Positions 6,010 through 15,898 of a stretch of DNA of 24,907 nucleotides are shown in pieces. Origin of the DNA: an uncultured bacterium. Its GTDB lineage: Bacteria > Acidobacteriota > Terriglobia > Terriglobales > Acidobacteriaceae. Position 1 is the stretch's first letter; the number at the start of each line of letters is the position of its first letter. The notes under the pieces were generated by a model. The model had not been told where the DNA came from. It ran no database searches and saw only the letters and a program-made list of their open reading frames with translations. The position numbers and the translations under genes are program-made. The stretch lies in NCBI GenBank assembly GCA_967755155.1, contig CBRAFF010000001.1:1-24907 (forward strand), read 5' to 3'.

Positions 6010-7215
6010 TCAGGCGCGCGCCAGCGCCTGCCGCAGGTCGGCCATCAGGTCCTCGGCATCTTCGATGCCGACCGAGAGCCGCACCGTCGCTTCCGACACA
6101 TCCATCAGCCGCAACCGCTCCCGCGAGATCCCCACGTGCGAGGAAAGCAGCGGGTAGCTGACGGTGGACTCCACTCCGCCCAGGCTGGTGGCCAGGTACC
6201 AGAGCTTCAGCCCGTCGATGAAGCGCTCCGCCGCCGGGCCGCCGCCTTTGGTCTCGAAGGCCACCATCATCCCGAAGTCGCGCATCTGCCGCCGCGCGGC
6301 CTCGTGGCCCTCGTTCCCGGGGAAGCCGGGATACATCACGCGCCGCACCTTGGGATGGCGGCGCAGCATCTCGGCGATGAGCTGCGTGCTGCGGCAGGCG
6401 CGCTCCACCCGCAGCTCCAGCGTCTTCAGTCCGCGGATCAGCAGGTAGGAAGCCAGCGGCGCCAGCGACGCCCCCGATTGCAGCATCCGCTGCCGCGCCT
6501 CCGCGATGAATCCGGCGCCGCCCACAATGGCCCCCGCGGTCACGTCGCTGTGCCCGCCCAGGTACTTGGTGGCCGAGTGCACCACCACGTCCGCGCCCAG
6601 CTCCAGCGGCTTCTGCAGGATGGGCGTGGCAAAGGTGTTGTCCACCACCACGCACGCCCGGCGCTTCCGCCCCGCGGCCGCCAGCTTGGCGATGTCGGCG
6701 CAGCGCAAAGTTGGATTGGTGGGCGTCTCCAGGAACAGCATGCGGGTCTTCTTGCTGAAGAACCGCGGAAGCTTGCCCAGGTCTTTGTACGGGACGAAGC
6801 GCGTGCGGATGCCGAAGCGCGCCAGCACGTCTTCGAACAACTTGAGCGTGCCGCCATAGATGTCGAGCATGGAGACGATCTCATCGCCCGCCCGGCAGGT
6901 GGCCAGCACCGTCACCAGGGTGGCCGCCATGCCGCTCGACGTCACCACGCAGCCCTCGCCGCCCTCGAGCGCCGCAATCTTCTTTTCCGCCGCTTCGGTG
7001 GTGGGATTGGCGTAGCGGGTGTAGGTGTAGCCCTGGTCCTTGCCTTCGGCGATGCGCCGCAGCACGTCCAGCTCCGGCAGGACGAACACCGCGGTCTGCG
7101 CGATGTCGGTGGCCAGCGACGCCCGCTGCCCGTGCCGCTCCTCTCCCGCGTGGACGCAGTGGGTAGAGTCGGCGCGCGCCTTGCGCACGCCGCCGGCGGT
7201 CGAGCGTGGACTCAT
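6010..7215 (-). CDS. PLP-dependent Cys/Met transsulfuration enzyme (cystathionine gamma-synthase/lyase family)
   Basis: YTRYANPT, SSGMAA, ETPTNP, DNTFATP and HSATKYLGGHSD (PLP lysine). Start at 7215 or 7233. Confidence 0.9.
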   Translation of the reverse strand: MSPRSTAGGVRKARADSTHCVHAGEERHGQRASLATDIAQTAVFVLPELDVLRRIAEGKDQGYTYTRYANPTTEAAEKKIAALEGGEGCVVTSSGMAATLVTVLATCRAGDEIVSMLDIYGGTLKLFEDVLARFGIRTRFVPYKDLGKLPRFFSKKTRMLFLETPTNPTLRCADIAKLAAAGRKRRACVVVDNTFATPILQKPLELGADVVVHSATKYLGGHSDVTAGAIVGGAGFIAEARQRMLQSGASLAPLASYLLIRGLKTLELRVERACRSTQLIAEMLRRHPKVRRVMYPGFPGNEGHEAARRQMRDFGMMVAFETKGGGPAAERFIDGLKLWYLATSLGGVESTVSYPLLSSHVGISRERLRLMDVSEATVRLSVGIEDAEDLMADLRQALARA

Positions 7216-7320
7216 GGGGTTCTCAGAAGCCACTCATCATAGCCCAGCCGATGCATCCGCCCGCGCCCGAAAAACAACGGGCCCCGGCATTGCCGAGGCC
7301 CGGTCGGGACTCTCGTGCTG

Positions 7321-10300
7321 CTAGAAGGAGAGCTTCAGCGCGAACTGGAACTGCCGCGGGTCGAACGACGCCGCCGGCCGCCCCGCGTTGCAGGAGGTGG
7401 AGGAGCACAGCAGGCTCACGTCCGCCACGTTGAAGCGGTTCAGCAGGTTGAACATGTCGGTGATGGCGTCCAACTTCACCCGCTCGGTGATGTGGAAGCG
7501 CCGCGCCAGGCGGAAGTCGGTGAACACCGTGTAGGGACGATTCGCCGAGTTGCGTCCCAGGTTGCCGTCCAGCGCCTCCAGCGTGATGTTGCCGGAGAGC
7601 GCCGCGTCGATGAAGCACGGCGTCTGGAAGAATCCGCTGGGCGAGAGGGACGAGGGCTGCGCCGGGAAGCCGCAGGTGTTGGTGGCGGTGCCCGCCGGCA
7701 CGATGTTGGGCCGCGCCGTGTTGGGCGAGAACTGGAAGTTCACCGGCTCCGCCGTCAGGATGGTGAAGGGCCGGCCCGCCGCGATCTCGATGATGGGCGC
7801 CACCGTCCAGTCGCTGAACACCTTGCTGAAGAAGCCGTCCCCGGAGAGCTTGCCGCTCTGGTAGATCCCGCTCAGCACCAGCCGGTGCCGCTGGTCGAAG
7901 GTGGAGTTGGCCCGCTCCTTGAAGGGGAAGTAGCTGTTCTGCGGCGAGAGCAGCGATTGCAGGTCGGTGGAATCGTCGATGGTGTGCGACCAGGTGTACG
8001 ACGCCAGGAACTCGTACTTGTGGCTGAAGCGCTTGCGCATCTGCGCCGTCAGCCCGTGGTACACCGAGCTCCCGTTGGAGAAGTTGGCCACCATGTCGCT
8101 GAAGGGCACGCTCACTCCCAGTCCCAGGCCCTGGGCGGAGATCACGCCGCTGGCAAAGGCCGTGCATGGGCCTCCGAACACCGGCGCCATCGAGGGATTG
8201 ATGCCCGAGGGACGGAAGAAGCTCACCAGCGACGCCGGCACCACGTTCACCGGTCCGCCCGCGGTCGCGAACACACCGCAACTGGTCACCGCCAGCGGAG
8301 AGGTGGTCACCGGGATCAGCCCGGCGTTCACCGCGTTGAACCAGTTCTGCACCAGCAGGTCGCCCCGCACCGGGTTGGCGTTGATGGGCCGGTTCAGGTG
8401 TACCCCGTGGGTGTAGTTGTAGGTGAGGCTGAAGGCGAAGTTGCCCCCGAAGTCATGCTCCATGGAAACGCTCGCCTGCTCCGCATAGGCATGCTCGAAG
8501 TCTTTGCCCGTGGGGAAGCCGAAGGGCTGCGAGATCAGCGGCTGGAAGGTCGCCGGGTTCAGGTAGTTCTGGTTGATGAAAGTCGAATTGGGGAAGAAGG
8601 GGTCGAAGCGCTGTTCATCCGGCAGGTATCCCATGTTGCCTGCTGCGGCGGGGCCCAGGCAGGTGCCCTGGTCCAGGATGCCCTGGAACACGTTGGTCGC
8701 GTTGAGCGTGAGCGAAGGCACGGCCGGCGCCACCGTGGAGCAGGGCGCGCCTCCGAACAACAGCAACTGCGGCGTTCCCACCCCGTCGGTCGCGTTCCCC
8801 AGGAAGAGCAGCCCCAGCAGCGGGTTGTCGTAGAACAGCCCGATGCTGGCGCGAAAGACCGTTGTGCCGTCGTTCCACGGGTCCCAGGCGATGCCGATGC
8901 GCGGCTGGAAGTTGTTGGTGTCGGTGCCGAAGCCCTTCTGGATGCCCAGCGCCTCATACGCGGCTGCGTTGTCCACTGCGGTTCCGCTGGGGAACCCGAA
9001 GGTTGGCGCCAGTTCCACGTCGTAGCGCACGCCATAGTTCAGCGTGAGGTTGGGGCGGATCCTCCACGAATCCTGCGCGTAGAAGCCGATGGGCGTCACG
9101 CTGAACGTCGCATTGGGATTGCCGATGCCCTGCACCATGGTCGAGGGGATGCCCAGGCCGTAGGCCTGCACCGAGGAAAAGCCCGGCAAGCCTGCGAACA
9201 GCGGAGTGATGGATGTGGCGCTCAGGGCGCTGAAGTTGTACACGTTGCCGAAGTTCACGGTGAAGGCGGCTTCGAGCGGAATGTGCTGGAAGTCGGCGCC
9301 GAATTTGAAGCTGTGGTTCCCCTTCACCCAGGAGAAGTTGTCCACGAACTGGTAGCGCTTCTCCACCCGGTCCACGAAGGAGAACGGCTCGCGGCCCAGG
9401 AAGGCGAATCCTACGATGTTCACCGCGGACTTGGCGCCGTCCGGAGTCGCGTCGTTGAAGTTGTAGCGCAGCCCGCGCCGCGCGTACTGGAAGCGGAACT
9501 CGTTGACCTTGTTGTTCCCGATCAGCCAGGTATCCTGCGCCGTGATGGTGAAGTCGCGGTACTGCTGCCAGGAAGTGCGGGAGTAGGCGTTCTGTCCGAA
9601 AGGTTGGTTCTGAGCGTTCACCTGGATGCCGTCCTGCAGGCTGGGCGAGACGTTCGCCCGCAGCAACAGGCTGTTGTTGTTGTTGAAGCGATGGTCCAGC
9701 CGCGCCGACCACAGGCTGGTGCCTTCGAACACCGGATAGTTCCCGATCTGCGTGGTCAGCGGCGTGTAGTCCGCCGGCAAGCCCTGGCACATGAAGTTGG
9801 GGGAGGCGCCATTGCAGCTGGTGGAGAACTGCGAAGGGCCGAAGGCGTTGAAAAGGTTGAATGGAGTCAGATGCAGGCCGACGGCTCCGGTTCCCACCAG
9901 CGTCCCGTTCAACGCAATGGCGGAAGCCGAACCCACGAAGAACGAGTACGCCTGCGCCCCCAGTCCGACAAAGGCCGGGTTACCTAGGACCGCCGCCTGC
10001 GCCGGTGTCGCCTGGATCACGAAGGACCCGGCAGGCGCGCCGAATTTGGCGGAAACGTCCGTCGTCACCAGCCCGAAGCAGCTCGTGGTGCCCAGGCAGT
10101 CCCGCCCTACGTCCGAGAACCCGGTCTCGTGCCGCCGCGTAGTCTCATAAGAGAAGAAGAAGAAGGTCTTGTCCTTCTTGATGGGACCGCTCAGCGTGAA
10201 GCCCGCCTGTAGCCGCGTGTAGGCCGGGTCGGGGACGTTGGTGAAGGGATTGTCGGCCTGGATGGAGCGGTGCCGCAGGAACCCGAAGCCGGTACCGTGG

Positions 10301-11046
10301 AAGGCGTTCCCGCCCGAACGCGTGATGATGTTCACCACGCCGCCCGAGGCGCGCCCATATTCCGCCGCGTAGCTGTTGTTGATGATCTGGAATTCCTGCA
10401 CCGCCTCCTGCGAAACCGTCGAGCGGATGCCGTTGACCGACGCGTCCACGTTGTCGGCTCCGTCCACGTTCACCAGGTTGGCGCGGGCGCGCTGCCCGCC
10501 GAAGTTCAGCCCGGAGGTGGGCGCGGCCCCGATCGAGGGCGCGACGTCCCGCGCCACTTGCGAATCCGTCAGGCTGAAGTTGATGTAGCTGCGCCCGTTG
10601 ATGGGCAAGTTGTCGATGCGCTCCTGGTCGATGGTCGTGGTCGAGGAAGTGCGCTGCGTCTCCACCAGCGCCGCCTCTCCCGTCACCGTGACTTCCGTGG
10701 CTGCCGCCGCCACCTTCAGCGTCACCGAGTACTCCGCCTGCTGGCCCACCGTGATCCCTACGTCCTTGGCCACCAGCTTGCCGAACCCGGCCGCCTCCAC
10801 CGTCAGCGTGTAGTGCCCGGGCGGCAGCAGCGGCAACTGATAGTTGCCGTTCGCGTCCGTCTTGGTGGTCCGCTCGAAGGCCTGCGCCTCATTCCGCGCC
10901 GTCACCGTGGCATTGCTGACCACGGCGCCGTTGGGATCCTTCACCGTGCCGTACAGGTCGGCCGTGGCCACGCTCTGGGCCATCGCCCCCGCCACTAGCA
11001 CCATCCCGGCCGCTACTACGCAAGCGAGTTTCAGCGCTCGATTCAT
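7321..11046 (-). CDS. Oar-like TonB-dependent outer-membrane receptor with a carboxypeptidase-regulatory-like N-domain
   Basis: 1241 aa; signal peptide, GTVKDPNGAVV, plug motifs LPINGRSY and AEYGRASGGVVN, C-terminal PRQFQFALKLSF. Confidence 0.9.
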   Translation of the reverse strand: MNRALKLACVVAAGMVLVAGAMAQSVATADLYGTVKDPNGAVVSNATVTARNEAQAFERTTKTDANGNYQLPLLPPGHYTLTVEAAGFGKLVAKDVGITVGQQAEYSVTLKVAAAATEVTVTGEAALVETQRTSSTTTIDQERIDNLPINGRSYINFSLTDSQVARDVAPSIGAAPTSGLNFGGQRARANLVNVDGADNVDASVNGIRSTVSQEAVQEFQIINNSYAAEYGRASGGVVNIITRSGGNAFHGTGFGFLRHRSIQADNPFTNVPDPAYTRLQAGFTLSGPIKKDKTFFFFSYETTRRHETGFSDVGRDCLGTTSCFGLVTTDVSAKFGAPAGSFVIQATPAQAAVLGNPAFVGLGAQAYSFFVGSASAIALNGTLVGTGAVGLHLTPFNLFNAFGPSQFSTSCNGASPNFMCQGLPADYTPLTTQIGNYPVFEGTSLWSARLDHRFNNNNSLLLRANVSPSLQDGIQVNAQNQPFGQNAYSRTSWQQYRDFTITAQDTWLIGNNKVNEFRFQYARRGLRYNFNDATPDGAKSAVNIVGFAFLGREPFSFVDRVEKRYQFVDNFSWVKGNHSFKFGADFQHIPLEAAFTVNFGNVYNFSALSATSITPLFAGLPGFSSVQAYGLGIPSTMVQGIGNPNATFSVTPIGFYAQDSWRIRPNLTLNYGVRYDVELAPTFGFPSGTAVDNAAAYEALGIQKGFGTDTNNFQPRIGIAWDPWNDGTTVFRASIGLFYDNPLLGLLFLGNATDGVGTPQLLLFGGAPCSTVAPAVPSLTLNATNVFQGILDQGTCLGPAAAGNMGYLPDEQRFDPFFPNSTFINQNYLNPATFQPLISQPFGFPTGKDFEHAYAEQASVSMEHDFGGNFAFSLTYNYTHGVHLNRPINANPVRGDLLVQNWFNAVNAGLIPVTTSPLAVTSCGVFATAGGPVNVVPASLVSFFRPSGINPSMAPVFGGPCTAFASGVISAQGLGLGVSVPFSDMVANFSNGSSVYHGLTAQMRKRFSHKYEFLASYTWSHTIDDSTDLQSLLSPQNSYFPFKERANSTFDQRHRLVLSGIYQSGKLSGDGFFSKVFSDWTVAPIIEIAAGRPFTILTAEPVNFQFSPNTARPNIVPAGTATNTCGFPAQPSSLSPSGFFQTPCFIDAALSGNITLEALDGNLGRNSANRPYTVFTDFRLARRFHITERVKLDAITDMFNLLNRFNVADVSLLCSSTSCNAGRPAASFDPRQFQFALKLSF

Positions 11047-11179
11047 GATTTCACCCTTCGTATCAAAGGATTTCAGTTCGCAGGGCAGACTCCCTTACTC
11101 CCCACCCAGGTAGGAAACGTGGCCGTTGTACAACAGGAGGGAGTGGCAAGGCAAGCAAGAAGGGGGGTAGGCGCAAGGG

Positions 11180-12118
11180 CTAGGCTGGTTCCGGCCGGCT
11201 GGGACAGGAGATGCCGCTGGCCTCCTGGCTCGCGGTTTTCCAGGCCCAGGCCATGCGCGGCGTGTTGTGGGCCAGCCCCATCCGGCCCCGGGCGTCCAGC
11301 AAGAGGATGCCCCCGTGGCCGTCCAGGCGGCGCGCCAGCAGCTCCATGGCCCCCCACGCGGCCTGCGCCGGCGCTATGCCCTCCGCCACCCGGTCCGCGG
11401 CCCACTTGCCCAGCACCAGCTTCATGATGGGCTCGCCCCAGCCCGTGCAGGAGACCGCGGCGCTCGCGTTGTCGGCGTAGCACCCGCAGCCGATCAGCGA
11501 CGAATCTCCCACCCGCCCCGGCGCCTTGTTCAGCGTGCCTCCGGTCGAGGTCCCGGCCGCCAGGTTCCCGCTCGCATCCAGGGCCAGCGCCCCTACCGTG
11601 TCGTGAGAAGGGTCCGAGGCCGCAAAGATCTCCTGCGGTCTTCCCGCGGCCGCTTGCGCCTGGGCTTGCTTCAGGCGCTCCACCTCCCGCTCGATCACCA
11701 GTTCGCGGTTGTCGCACAGCGGGATGCCGTGCTCCTGGGCGAAGCGCTCCGCGCCCTCGCCCACGAAATAGACGTGAGGACTCTCTTCCAGGACCTTGCG
11801 CGCCGCGCGGATGGGATTGCGGATGCGCTCCACGCAGCCCACGCCGCCCGCCCGCAGCGTGCCCCCTTCCATCAGCAGGGCGTCGAGTTGCACGCGCCCG
11901 TCGCGGTTGAGGAAGCTGCCCCGACCGGCGTCGAAGGTGTCGTCCTCCTCCATCAGCGCGATGGCCTCTTCCACCGCCTCCAGCGCCGGGCCGCCGCGTC
12001 CCAGCACTTGCCAGCCCGCGGCCAGGGCCGCCCGCGTCCCGCGCTGGTGCGCCTCCACCATCCCGTCCGGAATGTTCCAGGCGCCTCCGTGCACCACCAG
12101 GACGGGAGTTCCGCTCAC
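11180..12118 (-). CDS. iaaA: Isoaspartyl peptidase / L-asparaginase type 2 (Ntn hydrolase)
   Basis: VVHGGAW, FDAGRGS, HDTVGA (nucleophile Thr), TSTGG, GRVGDS. The GTG start overlaps the upstream TGA. Confidence 0.9.
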   Translation of the reverse strand: MSGTPVLVVHGGAWNIPDGMVEAHQRGTRAALAAGWQVLGRGGPALEAVEEAIALMEEDDTFDAGRGSFLNRDGRVQLDALLMEGGTLRAGGVGCVERIRNPIRAARKVLEESPHVYFVGEGAERFAQEHGIPLCDNRELVIEREVERLKQAQAQAAAGRPQEIFAASDPSHDTVGALALDASGNLAAGTSTGGTLNKAPGRVGDSSLIGCGCYADNASAAVSCTGWGEPIMKLVLGKWAADRVAEGIAPAQAAWGAMELLARRLDGHGGILLLDARGRMGLAHNTPRMAWAWKTASQEASGISCPSRPEPA

Positions 12119-12741
12119 GCGCCGGTGCCCCCGGTCTCGAGCGGCTTGGTCATCTGCCGGGTATACAGGATGCGATGCACCACGGTGATGCTGGAGATGA
12201 CGGCGATCACCCACAGCACCGGCGCCATGCGGTTGAACATCCCGCCGATGATGATGAGCACCAGCCGCTCCGGCCGTTCCATGAAGCCCACCTTGCAGGT
12301 CCCGATGAGCGACTCCGCCCGCGCCCGCGTATAGCTGACCATCACCGAGCTGATCATCACCACCGCCGTCAGCACCACGTAGAAGAACCGGTTGGCCCGC
12401 GCGTAGTACACCAGCAGGCCGAAGAAGAGTGCCGCGTCGCTGTAACGGTCCAGCACCGAATCCAGGAATGCCCCGAAGACCGTGGCCCGATTGCTGGCCC
12501 GCGCCACCTGCCCATCCACCATGTCCAGGAACCCCGCCAGCAGGATCACCAGCGCGGCGTAGCGGAACAACCGTGGCTGATCTTCCCCCGCCGCGTAGCC
12601 GAACAGCAGCGCCGCCACGATGCTGAACACCAGGCCGATGTAGGTGTAGGCGTTGGGCGAGATGCGGGTCAGCACCAGCGCCCGCACGATCAGGTTGATC
12701 AGGAATTGCGCCGACCTTCCCACCGCGCTGGTCCAGCTCAT
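12115..12741 (-). CDS. CDP-alcohol phosphatidyltransferase, PIP/AIP-synthase-like
   Basis: DMVDGQVAR-x7-GAFLDSVLD signature; YTRARAE and ERPERL; multiple TM segments. Confidence 0.88.
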   Translation of the reverse strand: MSWTSAVGRSAQFLINLIVRALVLTRISPNAYTYIGLVFSIVAALLFGYAAGEDQPRLFRYAALVILLAGFLDMVDGQVARASNRATVFGAFLDSVLDRYSDAALFFGLLVYYARANRFFYVVLTAVVMISSVMVSYTRARAESLIGTCKVGFMERPERLVLIIIGGMFNRMAPVLWVIAVISSITVVHRILYTRQMTKPLETGGTGA

Positions 12742-13250
12742 TTGGCCTCGGAGGACGGGCCCGGCCCGGTTGCGCCGGGCTCGGCTTCGTCGTGGATGGT
12801 GGTCAGCTTCAGGATCTCCATCTCCCGGCTGCCTCCGGGCGTGACCGCGGTGGCCGTGTCCCCCACCTTCTTCCCCATCAGCCCTCGCCCGATGGGCGAC
12901 GAGGTGGAGATCAGCCCCTTGGATACGTCCGACTCCTCAGTGGTCACCAGCCGGTATTCGATCTGCTCGTCCCGCGTCGAGTCGTAGACCACCACCGTCG
13001 AGCCCAGGCCCGCCTTGTCGCGGGGGATGCTGTTCATGTTGATGAGCGAAAGATCGGCCATGCGCTGCTTGAGCTGGCCCAGGCGGGCGCGCACGATCTC
13101 CTGCCGCTGCTTGGCCATGTGGTACTCGGCGTTCTCCGTCAGGTCGCCGTGCGCGATGGCCTTCTTCAGTTCCTTGGGCAGTTCGTGATTCAACTCGTGC
13201 TCGAGGACTCGAATCTCCTCCTCGAGCCTCTTTCTCACATGTTCTGGCAT
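12738..13250 (-). CDS. greA: Transcription elongation factor GreA
   Basis: HGDLTENAEY, GSTVVV, ISTSSPIGRGL. Confidence 0.93.
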   Translation of the reverse strand: MPEHVRKRLEEEIRVLEHELNHELPKELKKAIAHGDLTENAEYHMAKQRQEIVRARLGQLKQRMADLSLINMNSIPRDKAGLGSTVVVYDSTRDEQIEYRLVTTEESDVSKGLISTSSPIGRGLMGKKVGDTATAVTPGGSREMEILKLTTIHDEAEPGATGPGPSSEAK

Positions 13251-13545
13251 GTTCGGACCTTTTCGCCATGCGGCGGTTCCGCATGGAGCCGGCTCCGGAA
13301 CGCCGGGCGGGCGCGGTCAGGGCCGGGATCTCGCCTCCCCGCCCCTTGCTGCCCGACATTATATTTCCCGCCCTTCCCGGCTGTATAGCGCCTCGGCGCC
13401 GGCGCCCGCCCTTCCGCCATTGACACATCCGTTAGTTGCCGGGGCCGCTGCGGCCTTCCCTCCCGGCTAAACTGCGCGCTTCCCTGCTGCCTCTGCGGCT
13501 CCCGCCTAACATTTGTGTTTTCTGCACCTTGTCGCCTCCCGCCGT

Positions 13546-13574
13546 TTGCTTTTCACCTCCCCGCGGTCTATACT
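13546..13574 (+). promoter_or_regulatory. Candidate carD promoter
   Basis: TTGCTT-17 nt-TATACT. Confidence 0.5.
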
Positions 13575-13620
13575 TTATGGTTGTTCCCCCGATAACCCTT
13601 CAGACTTGCAGGTGCCCTGA

Positions 13621-14151
13621 ATGAACGGCAACGGTCTCTTCCAGATTGGCGACAAGGTCGTTTATCCCAACCACGGCGTAGGAGTCATTGAACAGATCGG
13701 CAGCCGCACCCTCGGGCTCACCGTGGAGAAGTTCTACATGCTCAAGATCAACGGTGGCAGCCTGAAGGTGATGGTCCCCTTCCACAACGTGGCCAGCGTG
13801 GGCCTGCGGCGGGTGATCCGCAACGGCGAGGTGCAGAAGGTCCTCGACTTCCTCACCGACTGCAAGTGCGACAATCACGCCGACTGGAAATACCGCTTCA
13901 AGGAAAACTCCGAGAAGATGCGCACCGGCTCGCTGCAGGAAGTCTGCGGCGTGTTGAAGAGCCTGCTGCTGCTCAACCGAACCAAGCCGCTCTCCTTCCG
14001 CGAGAAGAAGATGCTGGACCGCGCCCGCTACCTGCTGGTCAGCGAGATCGCCCTCGCCAAGAACCTTCCCGAGGACGAGATCGAGCACCTGCTCACCCGC
14101 GCCCTGGCCAAGTCCAAGCTGAAGTTCCCCGAAGTCACCGCCCAGGCCTGA
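13621..14151 (+). CDS. carD: CarD family transcriptional regulator
   Basis: FQIGDKVVYPNHGVGVI, VMVPF, WKYRF, LSFREKKML. Confidence 0.93.
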   Translation: MNGNGLFQIGDKVVYPNHGVGVIEQIGSRTLGLTVEKFYMLKINGGSLKVMVPFHNVASVGLRRVIRNGEVQKVLDFLTDCKCDNHADWKYRFKENSEKMRTGSLQEVCGVLKSLLLLNRTKPLSFREKKMLDRARYLLVSEIALAKNLPEDEIEHLLTRALAKSKLKFPEVTAQA

Positions 14152-14220
14152 TCGCTTCCCGATTCGCGAGCGCCGCGCCCTGTGCGCGGCGTTTTGCTTT
14201 TCACCCTCTATAATCCCGCT

Positions 14221-14664
14221 GTGCCGTCCGCTTCTTCTCCCCGCATCCTGGCTCTCGACGTCGGTGCCCGCAGGATCGGACTGGCCGTCTCCGACCCTCT
14301 GGGCATCACCGCCCAGGGACTCCAGACCCTGCACCGCACCAACAAGCGCACCGACCTGGCCCGCCTGGAATCGCTCATCGCCGAGTACCAGGTGGCCGAG
14401 ATCGTGGTCGGATATCCCCTGAAGATGAGCGGCCACCCGGGTGCGCAGGCGGAAAAGGTCTCCACCTTCGCCGAGGAACTTCGCCGCCGCTTCGGTCTTC
14501 CCGTGCATCTGTGGGACGAGCGCCTCAGCTCCGCCCAGGCCAACCGCGTCCTCCGCCAGAGTGAGATCAGCATCGAGCGCCGCGGCCGGGCCGTGGACCG
14601 CCTGGCCGCCGTCCTCATCCTGCAGAATTTTCTCGAAAGCCGCGCCGCTCGAGACAATCCGTAG
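14221..14664 (+). CDS. ruvX: RuvX/YqgF RNase H-fold nuclease
   Basis: RILALDVGARRIGLAVSD, VVGYP, WDERLSS, VDRLAAVLIL; GTG start 6 nt after TATAAT. Confidence 0.92.
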   Translation: MPSASSPRILALDVGARRIGLAVSDPLGITAQGLQTLHRTNKRTDLARLESLIAEYQVAEIVVGYPLKMSGHPGAQAEKVSTFAEELRRRFGLPVHLWDERLSSAQANRVLRQSEISIERRGRAVDRLAAVLILQNFLESRAARDNP

Positions 14665-14685
14665 GCGCGAGCGACTCGCTCGCGC
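14661..14685 (+). repeat. GTAG-type REP-like palindrome overlapping the ruvX stop
   Basis: GTAG then GCGCGAGCGA-C-TCGCTCGCGC (perfect 10-bp arms). Confidence 0.6.
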
Positions 14686-14709
14686 GGAGAATCATCTAAA
14701 CTGAACAGC

Positions 14710-15696
14710 GTGTTCCGCGCCCTGGTAATCCTGGTCCTGCTCGCTGCCCTGCTCACCGCAGGCTGGATGGCCTGGAGCCTCTACCAGCCCATCGGCCCGC
14801 TGACGGAAAAGTTCGTCCTGGTGCGCCCGGGCTCTTCGGCGCGGCGTATCGCGCGCGACCTGGAGAACGCCGGCCTCGTCCGCAGTTCCTCCGCCTTCCT
14901 CGCGCTGCACGCCTGGCAGGGCCGGCCGCCGCTCAAGGCCGGCGAATACCGCTTCGATCGCGCCGCCGACGCCTTCGAGGTCCACGACCGCCTGGCCCGC
15001 GGCGATATCGTCATCCGCACCGTCACCATTCCCGAGGGCTACAACCTCTTCGAAGTCGCCGCCGCCGTCGAGGCCGCCGGGCTCGGCACCCGCCAGCAAT
15101 TCCTCGACCTGGCTCGCTCCGACCTCTCGCTGGTCTCCGACCTCGACCCCACCGCCCGCTCCCTCGAGGGATACCTCTTTCCCGACACCTACCATTTCAC
15201 CCGCACCCAGAGCCTGCACGACATCGCCGCCACCATGGTGCGCCGCTTCCGCCAGGAGGCCCGCTCCCTCGGCCTCGATTCCAATTTCCACGGCATCGTC
15301 ACCCTGGCTTCCATCGTGGAAGAGGAAACCGCCGCGCCCGAGGAGCGCCCCGTGGTCGCCGGCGTCTTCCAGAACCGGATGGACCGCGACATGCTGCTCG
15401 CCACCGACCCCAGCGTGGTCTACGCCGCCCTGCTCGCCGGACGCTACCGCGGCGTCATTCATCAATCCGACCTCGACTTCGACTCGCCCTACAACACCTA
15501 TCGCTATCTCGGCCTGCCTCCCGGCCCCATCGCCAACCCCGGTCGCAGTTCGCTTCAGGCGGCCATGCACCCGGCGCAGACCGATTACTACTACTTCGTC
15601 AGCGACAACCAGGGCCGCCACCGCTTCGCCGCCACCGCTCAGGAACACTCCCGCAACGTGGCGCGCTATCGCCGCGACCTGGCTCGCAGTCGCTGA
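14710..15696 (+). CDS. mltG: Endolytic transglycosylase MltG (YceG)
   Basis: N-terminal TM, LKAGEY, TIPEG, LEGYLFPDTY, LASIVEEE, SPYNTY, LPPGPIANPG. Confidence 0.93.
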   Translation: MFRALVILVLLAALLTAGWMAWSLYQPIGPLTEKFVLVRPGSSARRIARDLENAGLVRSSSAFLALHAWQGRPPLKAGEYRFDRAADAFEVHDRLARGDIVIRTVTIPEGYNLFEVAAAVEAAGLGTRQQFLDLARSDLSLVSDLDPTARSLEGYLFPDTYHFTRTQSLHDIAATMVRRFRQEARSLGLDSNFHGIVTLASIVEEETAAPEERPVVAGVFQNRMDRDMLLATDPSVVYAALLAGRYRGVIHQSDLDFDSPYNTYRYLGLPPGPIANPGRSSLQAAMHPAQTDYYYFVSDNQGRHRFAATAQEHSRNVARYRRDLARSR

Positions 15697-15721
15697 TTCG
15701 CCTCGCACTGCTGCTTTCGGA

Positions 15722-15780
15722 GGGGCACGGCTTCAGCCGTGCCGTTGGGACCGGCGTCGTCCGGGCTTTAGCCCCTGAGG
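15722..15780 (+). repeat. REP-like element, family A, copy 1
   Basis: GGCACGGCT-TC-AGCCGTGCC...GGGCTTTAGCCCCTGAGG; second copy at 17693-17753. Confidence 0.85.
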
Positions 15781-15898
15781 GAATCGAAAGTTGCTTGTCT
15801 GTGGTGTGAAGCTGACCTGCTCTTTCCTCGGCAAGCAGGCGACAAGGTACAATCCAAAGCTTCGCTGCTGCTCGCCAGGGAAACATGGACCACCTCCC

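Noticed and set aside
7315-9987. 890-aa plus-strand ORF
   Set aside because: Antisense shadow of the TonB receptor. Long stop-free antisense frames are expected in high-GC genes, and it has no recognisable motifs.
11125-11134. Palindrome GTTGTACAAC upstream of the TonB receptor as a GntR-type operator
   Set aside because: A single 10-bp palindrome with no regulator gene nearby; could be chance.
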